The translations under genes and the position numbers were made by a program. 64,000 bases of DNA from Raillietiella orientalis (taxonomy: Eukaryota). The stretch covers positions 3,720,001 to 3,784,000 of the forward strand of contig JAYWIR010000015.1 of the NCBI GenBank assembly GCA_036172245.1. Reading direction: 5' to 3'. Positions 38,701 to 51,061 of the stretch are shown in pieces; the stretch's first letter is position 1, and every line of letters starts with the position of its first letter. Under the pieces are notes generated by a model. That model was given only the letters and a program-made list of their open reading frames with translations, had not been told where the DNA came from and searched no databases.

Positions 38701-41700
38701 TATCATTTTTTCAAAATAGTCACCCATCATTTGGATTATAAATTCATTAAAACCAATCTGCACCCTGATTCAAAACTGCAGATTTCTTGACCACAGAAAG
38801 TACAACCTATAATACGAATTTCAAATGAATATTTGAATACTGAAAGTGTGCACAAAATTGCGATTGCAGTTTTTTTTTTTTGCAATGAGTATGTCACTTT
38901 TGAATTCGACTTCTTTTCCTATACAGCTCACTAAATGTGCCTATCCTTTTTCTTAACTACAAAAGTACATTAGAAAATTTGTTTGTTCATGTGCCTTATC
39001 CTGAAAATCCTTACAATTTCATGGTTTTCATCCTTACTTATTTCAAACCAAAAAAAAAACACTATATTCAGCCCTTTACATTTTACCCATTTCATTCACC
39101 TGTTATTAATTAAGGATCAAAAACCATAGTGCGTTTGATTAATGAAGACAATTTGGCTTCATATATGGTCTCGTTTTGCTCAAAGTTTTCTGTTCTGTGG
39201 CCTTGCTGGACCCTCTGGTAACCTCTGCATAAGTGAAATATATGCAAATGAACCTCTAAATGCACTTAGTTAAAACTAAAGGTAGAGAGATGCTGGAATT
39301 CCGTATGAAAAAAAAAAGGGGGGGGGGGGTGCTTTCATGTATACATTTTTTGATTTCACTAAATACTAAACACACTTAATTGAAGAACCGTTGAATACAT
39401 CATTTCCCACCCTCTTGTGCCTGAAATATACTCATTGCTTGCACTGGAATTGTTGATAATGAACACAGAATAATTATTTTAAAATAAGTATAAAACTATC
39501 TTTATTTCCAAGAACAAATGCCTTCGTTTTTTGTTCAAAATTCAATGCTTTCCAAGAAAAATGTGTTCCAAGAGAAAAATTATTTAAGGAAAATTCTGTT
39601 GCAACTAGATGAACTTGAGAATATCATTCCTGTGGTTCTGATTAATTAAACCCACTTTCATCACAATTTCCAAGTATAACAAGAATTATGAGCAGAAATT
39701 CTCTTAATTTTGCAAGCAATGAAATTATAAATATTCTAATACCACTCATTTATGAGCTGAATACTTTTGTAAAAGGTCAAATACTTTTCAAATTCCAAGT
39801 CAGTCTCATGTTGAAGTTTGTTAATCAAGCACTATTTCCTTACGCAGTCCGCCAATTTTAAGAATTCTTTACTTTTTTTTTAACGTTTTTTTTCATCAAC
39901 TCTTCCTTATATCAGGATTCTCGTTATCTGGCTCAATTTGGCCGTATCGTACCATTTTTGGCATAATTTCAAGTGTAAAGATATAGTTAGATGAAGATGT
40001 AGGTTTGGCTTTCTGCTAGCACACATCGCTCTCGTAATGTATACTTTTTTCCTCGATCGCTGTATAAATTTTGAAATAAATACGTGCAACGTTCCTTATT
40101 TGGACATATATTTATATGCCGGCACATTTTATTATTCTCTCCTGGTACTGTGCACTTAATGATGAAAGTCTCCTCTGATTATGTGCATTTTTACTAAACG
40201 ACAATTGATTTCCTACAATTAATTCGAAACGCACCACTGAGCTGATCCTTTCTTTTCAAATGAGCTCACTTCAATTAGTTCTCTATATTCATGATCTGCA
40301 TAAAAAGAAATCAATTCAAAATGAAATAAATACATAAAATGAATGGACTGTTATGCTCTTAAAAAAAAAAAAAACGCTACAAAATAAAAACAAATGCACT
40401 TCTCGTATCTTTTTTAGTTATGTCTCCTTTTCCTTCATCTTTTCTTCTTTCCTTATTAAACACTACGAGTAGGATATGAACAACATTAATTGAGTTGCAA
40501 AAAATTTTCCGTGAACCTTAGAATTAATTTCGTTTTAAGCTGTTGTAAAAATGCATCGTAAAAATTGGGCTTACATCCTTACTACGAGTATACGTTGGGT
40601 AAGAATTATGAAACTCTTAGTACCTTTCTTAAATCCAATTTGCTTATTTTTCCCCCCCCCATTATGAGGCTCATCATCACGTGAGCAAAAATTTATGCCG
40701 GAATTTATCAGATTTAAGTTCAAATGCTCAGTCAGATGATTTGTTGGATTTTAGCAAAACGAATGATCTCGATGGTACACGTTGTAAAAACGAAAAACAA
40801 ATCCTAACTACCATTAAAAATATCAAAATATGAAAAAACTGAAAAAATTCCTTTAGACGGGTAAAGTAACATCGGTAAAAATCTGGGGAAAATTATTTAT
40901 TCGCAAAAAAGAACAGTATTTTTCTCCTTATTTATGTAAGAGGATATAATTGTAATGCTGACACGGTATCCAAAGAATGAAAGAAATCAAAACGGGCCTT
41001 ATGAGACTCGTGGTTACGCAGTTTGAAAATATGCTTTCAAGTAAACGTAACACGAGAAATTTTCAAGAACTCAAAATGGACAGTCAAAACCAACGCTCAG
41101 GGACATGAGTTAGAAACCACACATTGGACTAATCATCTCACATGAGCACATTGAAAAAAAAACAAGAATTCTCTACTAGGCGATTTTTCATCAAGATTTC
41201 CTCTTCTATATAGTCATCCTAATGAAATCACTTAAATTAATACCTGTTCTTCGAATTAGGATTTTACTTTCAAACTCATCACTTTATCTTCATGGAATTC
41301 TATGTATGCCATTCTTGGTTGCTTTCTTTTTTACATATATTTCCATCAATGTTAACTAGTCAATTACCTATAGAGGGCAAACACATATCTGACTAAAAAT
41401 TTCTTACTTTTATTATATTTTTTAATATATGTAATTCAATTAACCATTAATTATCGAAGAATACTAAATATACAGATTCCTTATTTTGTTCCATGAAATA
41501 TAAACACCAGGAAGTAAATTTAAGTGGAAATTAATATTTTTAGATGAATGACATTTCTAACTTGATCTTGGTTTTGAAATGTTCCCCTCAAGCTTGAAAA
41601 CTGAAAAGTTCATCATCATCCATCTACTCATTGATAGACTCCAAAACATTTGCTTGACATAAGCAAAAATTGTAAGAACATATCTATATCATTAGATGTT

Positions 41701-44629
41701 AACAATCAACTTAAATTTATAGAAATAATCATCTTCTAACTTAACCAGCTTAATACAAAGGTTACCAAAAACTCCATTTAAACAAGGCATGCAACCTCAG
41801 AAGCAATGAATACTTCTAAAATCTGAAGGTATTTTAATAATCACTAATTATAGTGAACTAATAATGAAATAGTTGTTACAGCAATTTGCTTTTCAAACAA
41901 AGATTGATATTTAACATACATTAATGGAATTCTTATAAAACTGCAATGAAACAAATCCAAATTACATTAATAAAAGTTTTAGCAAATACCCATGTATTTT
42001 TGATGTTTTACATTATTTACAGTACAATATCCAGTCTATCATACACAAAAATGCAATTCAAATTTTTAGGCAAACCAAAAAAGACATGCTAATAGATTCA
42101 CTAGCATATATGTTTTTCTTATCGAAGATTCCTAAACCGATAAAAATGCAACTCTTATTATATCTTATCTTGAATTTTTTCCTCTCAAATGTTTCTTGGC
42201 CACACTTCAATGTTTCAAGAAAGCTACAGCATACATCTGCTCCCCAATCTTGTGTTTCGACTTGTATATTGCTAATACTCAACATGTACTAATAGATTTC
42301 ACTGCATAGTTTTGGAGAAATGATGTAAAAAATTGTTGTACCTTTGTACAAAAACTCGCAATTATTCATTCCCAGTCTCAAATTTATGTACTATCACTAT
42401 TCCCATGTTATTTACAATAAATACTAACCATAATCCTGAAGTCATCTGTCTTATGCAAATCTGTCTTTTCTATTTTAAGATGGAATAAACCTTACAACCA
42501 CATTCTAATTCTAACTTTCAACTAAATTCGCTATAATGACTAACATCTTGGAACTTCTGAATTATCCATTACTTTATCATTACTGTCATATTTTTTATTT
42601 CATTTGTTATATCTCCATCCTCCTTGAAATGTGAACTTTAATCCTATGATATAGATACAAATTACATCCTGACGAAAGTTCTTGAACATTATTATTAAAT
42701 GTAATAACTATCTATAGTTTCAAACATCATGAGGTGACTTATCAATTTGTTAAGTTTGTTCTCTAACTTAATATTAAATTATAACAAACCTCACTGAATA
42801 TCGATATATCCCTCAAAAATCAACTAAAATATTCAAATTGCATATTTTACTTATTTTCTTACATCCTCCTAACTGAATATCTAGAGTACATTCGGCATAA
42901 AATTACATTTTAAGCCAATTACAAATTTCTCGATATGTTCACAAACAGCACTGTGCCCCTGATCATTAAACACAACTTACATTAAACCATTCTTGATGAA
43001 CTAAAAAGGTATTGTACCCATTATTTAAAAAAACACTACATTCTAATTTTTGACCAAAAAATTACATCAATATAGTTCAAGTGAAGCAAAACACTCAAAA
43101 CACAAAACTACTCGTTAAACACATTACATCCTTTCCTTACTTTCAGAAGATCCGATTTCATTCTCATTCCTATCTCATTCCATTTTTGAGCTTCCCAGTT
43201 CATGACCAATAAGCATTTCTGTGTTACATTTCATCCTTTACTAAAAAACGAAAAAAAAATTTCGATGTTCCCAATCATAACTCTTGCAAAATAGCTTACA
43301 AGCACCTGTGAATTTCAAAATCAAGACTATGCTCACTATTATAATACCACATACATTTCATAACGGCATATATCTGTAGAAGATGGTGAAAATCACTAGA
43401 ACGGAACTCAGGAACCATAAACATTTATATCACAAAACACTCACTCACTTTCACTTTACAGAATAATCCCTAATGATATGAACATAATCATATCACATGC
43501 ATTTGTATATTGACAAACTTTACAGAATCAATCACACATTACCATTACCTTATGTTCTCACTAACATAAAGTCCAAGCATGGTCAAACAAAAAAAACAAT
43601 GTACAATTACTGCCAACCCTATATAACAGCACCTCATAAAATATTCAGTCACATATGGCAATTTGATGGCCAAAATAGGGAGCGCATACAAGTAATTTAT
43701 GCATTATTTTTTCTCAATGAAAACAATTCAGAAGTTGAAATATGAAAGTATCCCGAAAGAAAGTTCCAAAAATATGGTGAATAAAGGGCATTTACTTAAC
43801 CATTTCTAGACAAGTCAAATCTGGATTTCTAATTTGATTTTTGAAATTCCGAGATCTAGATCTTTCATTTAGTGATAATCACTACATTAATATCTAAGAA
43901 AATTTGAAGATTTTTAAAAAATCGTCAATTGATGTGCAAAGTCACATTTTTAATTCAATAATACCTGTCAGCACTTTCAAATTGTAATGTAATATTCGAA
44001 TTTGTGACCTTATTTAAATATAACTTCTGACATTATCCAGATTTATTCCTGTCTGCATAGAATACACTTATAAAGAACCTTTCATTTAACAGGTATGAAA
44101 TCTTAAAAGAAAAAAAATATAAAGGAAATAAATATACATACAACTGCTGGAGCTATGGTTTCCAGTGGTACTTTGTATATCATACTGAAATGCTGAAACT
44201 TCATTTTCATTATCCGATGTTTCAAATTTTTTTTTATCTACATTCATGCTTCTACCTTGTAAGAAAACAGAAAATTATTCATAATGGTACTATCAAAGCT
44301 TCGAAAAAAAGTGTAGTTTATAATGTGTCATATAACCAACGTGCAGCTGCAAAAATTACATATTTCTACATCTGCACAATATCTAAGCATAATCACTAAG
44401 CCTTCTTTAACCAAATCAACATGTATAGTAACTCTCAACACTAATTTAAACAATGGTTGGAACCACGGTTTCAAATTGCACTTATAATGATATTACTAAT
44501 ACTGGGCATTTTTCAACCATTAATAACAAATAATGATGTAAAAATGCTGTTCAATTTAATTTCCTGCATTTCTTTTCCTTGTTGTTATTGCTGATTTTTT
44601 ATTTATATGGATTCGAGTCCTGAATAAAC

Positions 44630-45015
44630 CTCAATTTACCATTTTGTTTCTACAAAATACAAAAGGCTAACTTTTCATTGGAATTTGAATATGTTTCTCT
44701 GATTGATAACTGATGATAATATTTTTCCCAGCCAGTAATGATTTCATATAATAAAAATATTTGTGGCATATAGTGGAATAACTTTTGAAACTTAATCTCT
44801 TCATTTTTTTCCCTTTTTAGTTTTCCTTTTTTCATTCTGGTAGAAAGATTAGCACTTTGCATTCGATTTGTGACAATAATATTGATCACTTCGTTTAAAA
44901 GTTGCTCTTGTGGTTTCAGTCCAACGCCGTGTTCGTTAAGTGAGACCATGAGCGCGAGCAATGTTTGGATATGTGGACTTAATTTTTGCAGCTACTGATA
45001 AAATAAAAGGTATTG
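44630..45015. promoter_or_regulatory. Probable divergent promoter between the RalBP1-side and PWWP-side transcription units
   Basis: The + strand switches from A/C-rich to T/G-rich here. Local CpG cluster at 44925-44957, Inr-like TCAGTC at 44916-44921, and outward-facing donors AG|GTATTG (45009, +) and ATG|GTAAAT (44640, -). Confidence 0.5.
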
Positions 45016-48000
45016 TAATTTTAAAGATAAGGACGGATAATATGTTTTTGTTATACAGAAATTGTGTATATTGTAATTTGTTAACGGCAATATAGGTATT
45101 GCAAATTAAGAAAATATGTAAACTTGGAAGTAACCTATAAACTTTATCAGTGTCACAATGGCGTCCTTGCTTTAATTCAGCAGTTAAGTTTTTAAAAAAA
45201 ATCAGTTGATATTGATAATGAGTTTCGATTCTCTAGAAATATGAAATGAAATGTGCATTTGTACGTTGGCAAAAATGCTTTTGAATACTTGTTGGTATGA
45301 CAATGTAAAAATAATTTTTTTTTGAATCCCATGATTAGGAGCATTAGGTTCTGTGTGGTTTTTACAACAGGAAAAGTCTTGCATACATAATTTGAGATAG
45401 CCTTTTCTTCCCTGCATGCTGCATTTTTATGCACTTATTGAAACATTGAAATGTGAATTGTCAGTTCAAAAAATCATGCTCTTACATGGGAAGGTAGTAA
45501 TGCATTTGCATCAACTTCAGTGGTTTCAGTGGCAAACTTGTGAAAGATAGAGTATTTTTTTTTTTAAACTTGCACTTATCTTTAAATAGTTGAAACTATT
45601 GATGCAACAAAGCAAATATTAAGCAAATATGCTGTCTTAACTAAAATATGCTTGTAAGCAGCTGCAAGTTTGCAACTTTTTGTGTATAAAATTTAGTGGC
45701 TTCTAAATTCCAGAATTACTGGTAAATTTCTAAAAATTTAAAAAATAGTTAGTAGTGAAAGGAATATATGATGAATGTTTCATTTTAAGACTTTTTTGTA
45801 CCAAACAAGGGAACTTTGAAATCTTATACACCATAAAACCCTTGAGAGTATATTAGAATGGCTTACAATAACTTAGTCCATATACGAGTTTTTTTAATTA
45901 TGAAAATATGAAAGCATAGAGAATATTCCAAATGAAGCTTCAACTGGAGACTAAGCTGAGAATAGGCATGAAGTACTTCATGACATTCAATGCTGAAGAA
46001 AACGAGTGTTTTACACTAATTCGTATTTTTTAGTCTCATTTTGGGATGTAGTTGATTTTGTGTTTGCGTTAAAAATATATGTATCCAAGAAATGCATACA
46101 TGTATTAAAGTGCTGATTTTGTTTGTAAACATTGAGATAATTAAATATTTCAATGAATATTCTTTATAACTGTTAGAAATAAATAATCGGAAAGTAATAT
46201 TGTTTAAATGATGAAGATTTAGAGCTAAGTACCCGAAAATGCATTTTTAAAATAGTATTTGGTTTTTTTTGTAACTAAATGTTTTTTAAATTTTCACTTC
46301 TGAAATAATGTTACCTTGTATATTTTCTTGTATCTTTTGTTTTGTGTTTATAATCAATATATTTTATGGATGAAAGCAAAACTAGGAAAGAGAAAAAATT
46401 CAGAAAAATATTTTATGAATTAAGTTATTAAATTAATTCGATGAATAGTTATTAATTTAGTTCGATGACTAGATTAAAGTCATGTGTTTAATCATTAATA
46501 AAATAATGAGCTACCTTGAAACAAATGTTTGCACTTTGTTTTCAGAATTCAAAGTTTTTCATTTATCAAACTTATGAGTATCTTTTATAATGCGAATTTA
46601 CTTGGATTCAGGCATTATTTTTGTTTTTGACAGTGAAAACACCTAGTTAGTTTGCAGTGTACTGGCATGAATGATTGGTTACATTTAAATATGTCAGCAC
46701 CATTCTCGTATTGTGTGAATTTTAATGAATACATTACTGAAATTATTTTATATATACATGCTAAAACCTGCAATGTCGAACATGTATTTTCGAGAAAAAA
46801 TATGGAAAGGATCATTTCTGGTAAGGGCTATTATCCAAATCTTTAAAATCCTTAATTTCACTTGGGATTTGAGATAGCTTCTATGATCATTAACTTTTTT
46901 AAGTATTTAACTCATATACTGCTATTCTAGAGCACATTGAAATGTTCAGTGGTAATATTATCAGGTGGTTGTTTTGGAGAAATAACGTTATGTTTAAACA
47001 TTCATGAATGTAATCTCGAAACTTTTAAACAATTTTCGTGCTATTCTGAAATTTTTTCCTATTGAATTAATGCATTTCATACCATCTATAGTCTAGAAAG
47101 CGTTGGTCTTTTATGGAATATTTTAGCACAATTGCCATTTTTCAATGTTTCATATCGATAAATTCGGAAAACCAGTCATCATTTATTTACAGTACTGTTT
47201 AATTAAAGGTAATTATCCATAATGACTTATTAAGAATGGGAACTCAGCATAATTGAATTGTTATTATTTTTATTAGTATCTCTATTAAGATATTTCATCT
47301 CTATGTATGTTATGAGTTTTTTTCACATTGGTGTATCACATGCTTAAATATTCCCAAAATTTTTCTGCATGTGAATAATCCTACTATTACTGTGCTACAG
47401 ATATGACTGATGCATTTAAAAGAAAAGATAATAAACCTGAAATAATGCCAACAATAAACTACATGAGTATTGTGAATAAGAATATATACTTCAGCTTGAA
47501 TAAGCGAAAATTATTTAATCGAAATTATTTTGCAGTAATTTGGTCTGCATTGTTTGCACTCTTGAATTAATTTAATTAGGATTAAGTAATTAGTTTGGAT
47601 TTTAGAAGCCATGTTAAAAACTATTAAGATTACACAGCAATACTTATGAATTATTTGAATTTTTATTTTTTTTATAAATTTAGCAATTAAAATGAAATGC
47701 CTAGTGGGATGAAGAAATGAAACAAAATCGATTCAAAATGATGTTTTGTTGGCTTGAAGTCTGATAAATAATAAAAGATAACAAATGCATGTTGTAAAAA
47801 GTGCAACTTTTTCGATTAGCATTATCGTTAGCATTAAAGGTAATGAAAAAGGTGAAGCAATGTTTCAGGAAAAAAGGGTTTATGAATTGAGGTTTAATAT
47901 TGTATTTGTTTAATGTTTTGATAAATCAATTCCAATTCCAATCTCTTGATTAGGACATATGTTTGAAACATCCATTGATGAAAGAATCTGACAATAATGC

Positions 48001-51000
48001 TGAATTTGAAGTACATATTCAATCAAGGAATTTAATAAGGAGGATAAAAGCGGTGGTTATAAAAATCAAATAAGCATAGGTGTAGCAGTTTATCTTAATA
48101 AAGTTCTAATATTGCAAAACCTTAATCTTTATAAGAAATCTAATACAGGTGATATGTAACAATCTATATGGTATAAACACATAATGATATTGATATGCTT
48201 GTTTCATTAGAACACATAACCAAGATAACAGGAGATTTTTGATCTTGAAAAATCAAAATAACATTAACAAACTATAGTTGGTATTTTTATGCTAAATATT
48301 GAGTGATTTAGATTGCACAAAATTGCGACATTGTAGAATATTTTTTTCTTTTTTGATCTCCGAATGAATATAAGCTGTTAGAAATTGAAAGGTTAAGTTT
48401 AGGGTGGATTGCTAATTTGGGTTGTGAAGTATTTAGTCCTTCGAAGTACCTAGTCTGTAATCATATTGAAATAGATAATGCTTGTATGACACATCTGGAA
48501 TAATTGTTTTGCACTGTGTAGTTGATTTGTGTGATTATTTGACAGTATTGAGATCCCACTTTATCAAAGGACAAATTGATTTTTTAACTTTCTGATACTT
48601 TACATTCCTTAGAATGAATAAAGGTAAATACTAATGTTAATAATATTAATTTGCAGATCAAACCTATTTAAAAATTTAAGATCAGTAACCTTACAATTGG
48701 AGATTTCTTTTTGGTTACAATCAAAAGCTGATAAATGCTGAGTAATCAAAGGAAAATTCACTTTTTGTTAGTTCAATTATGAATGAAATTAATTTGAATA
48801 TTTATAAACGAAAAAGTATCTGTCAAATTGAAATCATTCTATCTTGAATCTGTCTCTCTGGATCTGATTAGATATTTATTAAACAAACAGCTTTGTATTA
48901 TCAACAATGGAGTTCTGTTTTTGTTTGTTAATAATGTCAGTAGATAAATATCAATTTTTGTGATTAAAGAATGATTCAATAATGTTAATAGCTTATTTTT
49001 ATGTGAAAGAAGATCTGTATATTTGTATGATCTGTATCTCTTTTTCCATTTTTATGGAAAAAAAGATCTGTATTAATGTTACAATAAATATTGATTTAAT
49101 TTGTCCGATTGATTGACTAAACCAATAGTTATTATAATTTAATATTGTATGGAAAGTTGCACAAAAGTGAAAGTTTATAAAGCTTAGTGCACTTTTATCT
49201 CATGCTATCTGTAATGGTTTCATGAACCATGAAAGGTAAAACAGTTATTTACTTTCAAATTGTTTTTTTACTAATTTTGAAGTGATGCTGTCTCTTTTCA
49301 ATTTCTTATCATAGATAATGAATCAAATTGGAGATGTGTTGATTATGGTACTTAATCATAGATGTTAATTTGATTCAGTGAAAAATATACTGGGAATAAA
49401 ATCCTGTAGTTCACAAATTTCCATTCATTAAGTGAATTATGGTTTTCTCAAAATCCTCTAAGAATGTTGTGCAAAAGGTACAATTGGTTCTGCTGAATAG
49501 CAATAGCAACTCCAAACTTGAGCAGTATTCAAGTTTGGAATATTTTTAGGGAGTCTTGATTAAATCTAACAATCTAACAGTAGGATATCTGTGGTGCAGA
49601 CACAACTATGAGATATTTTCCGGAATTGAATTGAAATCTATGATAATCAGGTTAACCATATTCCTAAATGAGTTTATAAAAGACTGGCAGACTTTGCTGC
49701 ATAAAAAGAAATATGTCATTTGGAACTGATAACTTTTAATGATAAATACTGGATCTTTTATGATGTAAAATGTAATGCTAGCATGCTTTCAAAGTGGTAA
49801 ATCTCCAGTATGAACTCTATTATTCTTTTCTATGTGCTTCAGGTCTTATTACAGGAAAATTAGCGCAGATTTTTTTTCCTGTCGCAAATCGTTTTAAGGT
49901 ATTTGGGTGTGACAAATGAAAAAGCAATATAATTCTCTTTTGTTTTTTTCCTTTTGCGTGTGGATGTTTTTATTTTCGTTTGTTCGCTTTTTATTATTTA
50001 ATGATAAGAAAAGGGCCCTTGTAAGAATCGGATTTTTGTAATTATTCAATTTAGTGGAATGCCAAAAATAATCATCCACTATTTAATCAAAATGTAAAAA
50101 AAATAGGAAATAAAGATAAAGACAAAGAATTTTGTAAATAAGGGTTTTTTAAAGACATGGTCATGTGTATTTAAGTACTTGGGTTTCATGATCAGCATAT
50201 GAAGAAATTAGTGCATAAGGGATACATAAGTACAGCTTCTTGTAGAATGGTAGTTGGAAATTGGATTCCCTTTAAAATGTCGTGATTTTTATGAAGTAAT
50301 TATTTGTGTGAAATGGTTTGGTGCTCCCAAGAACATTGGGAATTTTTTTTTTAAGACCTCGTATACAATATTAATTTATTTTATAAGCCTCATTTCATTT
50401 GCGTAGCTGGATTTTCATTAAATTCTCTTTGGAAAGGCGTTTATTTGGGTGTACTTAACTAATTGGGTTGAAAGTGATTTGTTATCTGTTGCAAGTCACC
50501 CTCAATAATAGAAGTGATTTTATGTTTTATTTATTAATTCATCTTTCTCAGCAGCATATTTTGCCAAAAGAACGTATAGAGCGTATGCCATGACATTGGC
50601 TTTATTTCCTACTCGAACTTTGGGGGATATTCAATATTCACCAAAGTATCATTTTCAGATGCGGTTAAAATGGTTTTACATTGTTGAAGTTCCGATTTTG
50701 AAAACTAATTTTGGAATTAGCAGGGATTTTTTGTTTAGATTGTTTTATAAAGATTACTCCAAGTTTGCCATATTTCATTATCAAAGAGCGACAATAAAGG
50801 CGGTAACAAAGAATTGAGCTTAAACCTCAACTCTTTAGCATACATCGTGTGATTTTATCACTATAGCAAGATTGCATGTTGTTCCATCATTGCATGCCTT
50901 TGTATCAAATGATATGTTATCAGAAGTCAGAATGTATTAATGATTTTTTTTTTTTTTTGTAGATTGGTATCATTTGTTCATTAACAAAGTATAAATTATT

Positions 51001-51061
51001 CAAAGAATCTTGAATAGACTTTCTAGTGTGTTACAAGAGTGACTACTTTGGCAAATAGCAA

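Noticed and set aside
45760..46310. ATGATGA...CTGA box C/D-like motifs in the AT-rich leader
   Set aside because: No terminal stems or rRNA-complementary elements; such motifs are expected by chance.
37272..47160. Three DRE palindromes TATCGATA (37272, 42799, 47153)
   Set aside because: All are about 2 kb or more from the inferred start sites; the motif is AT-rich and plausible by chance.
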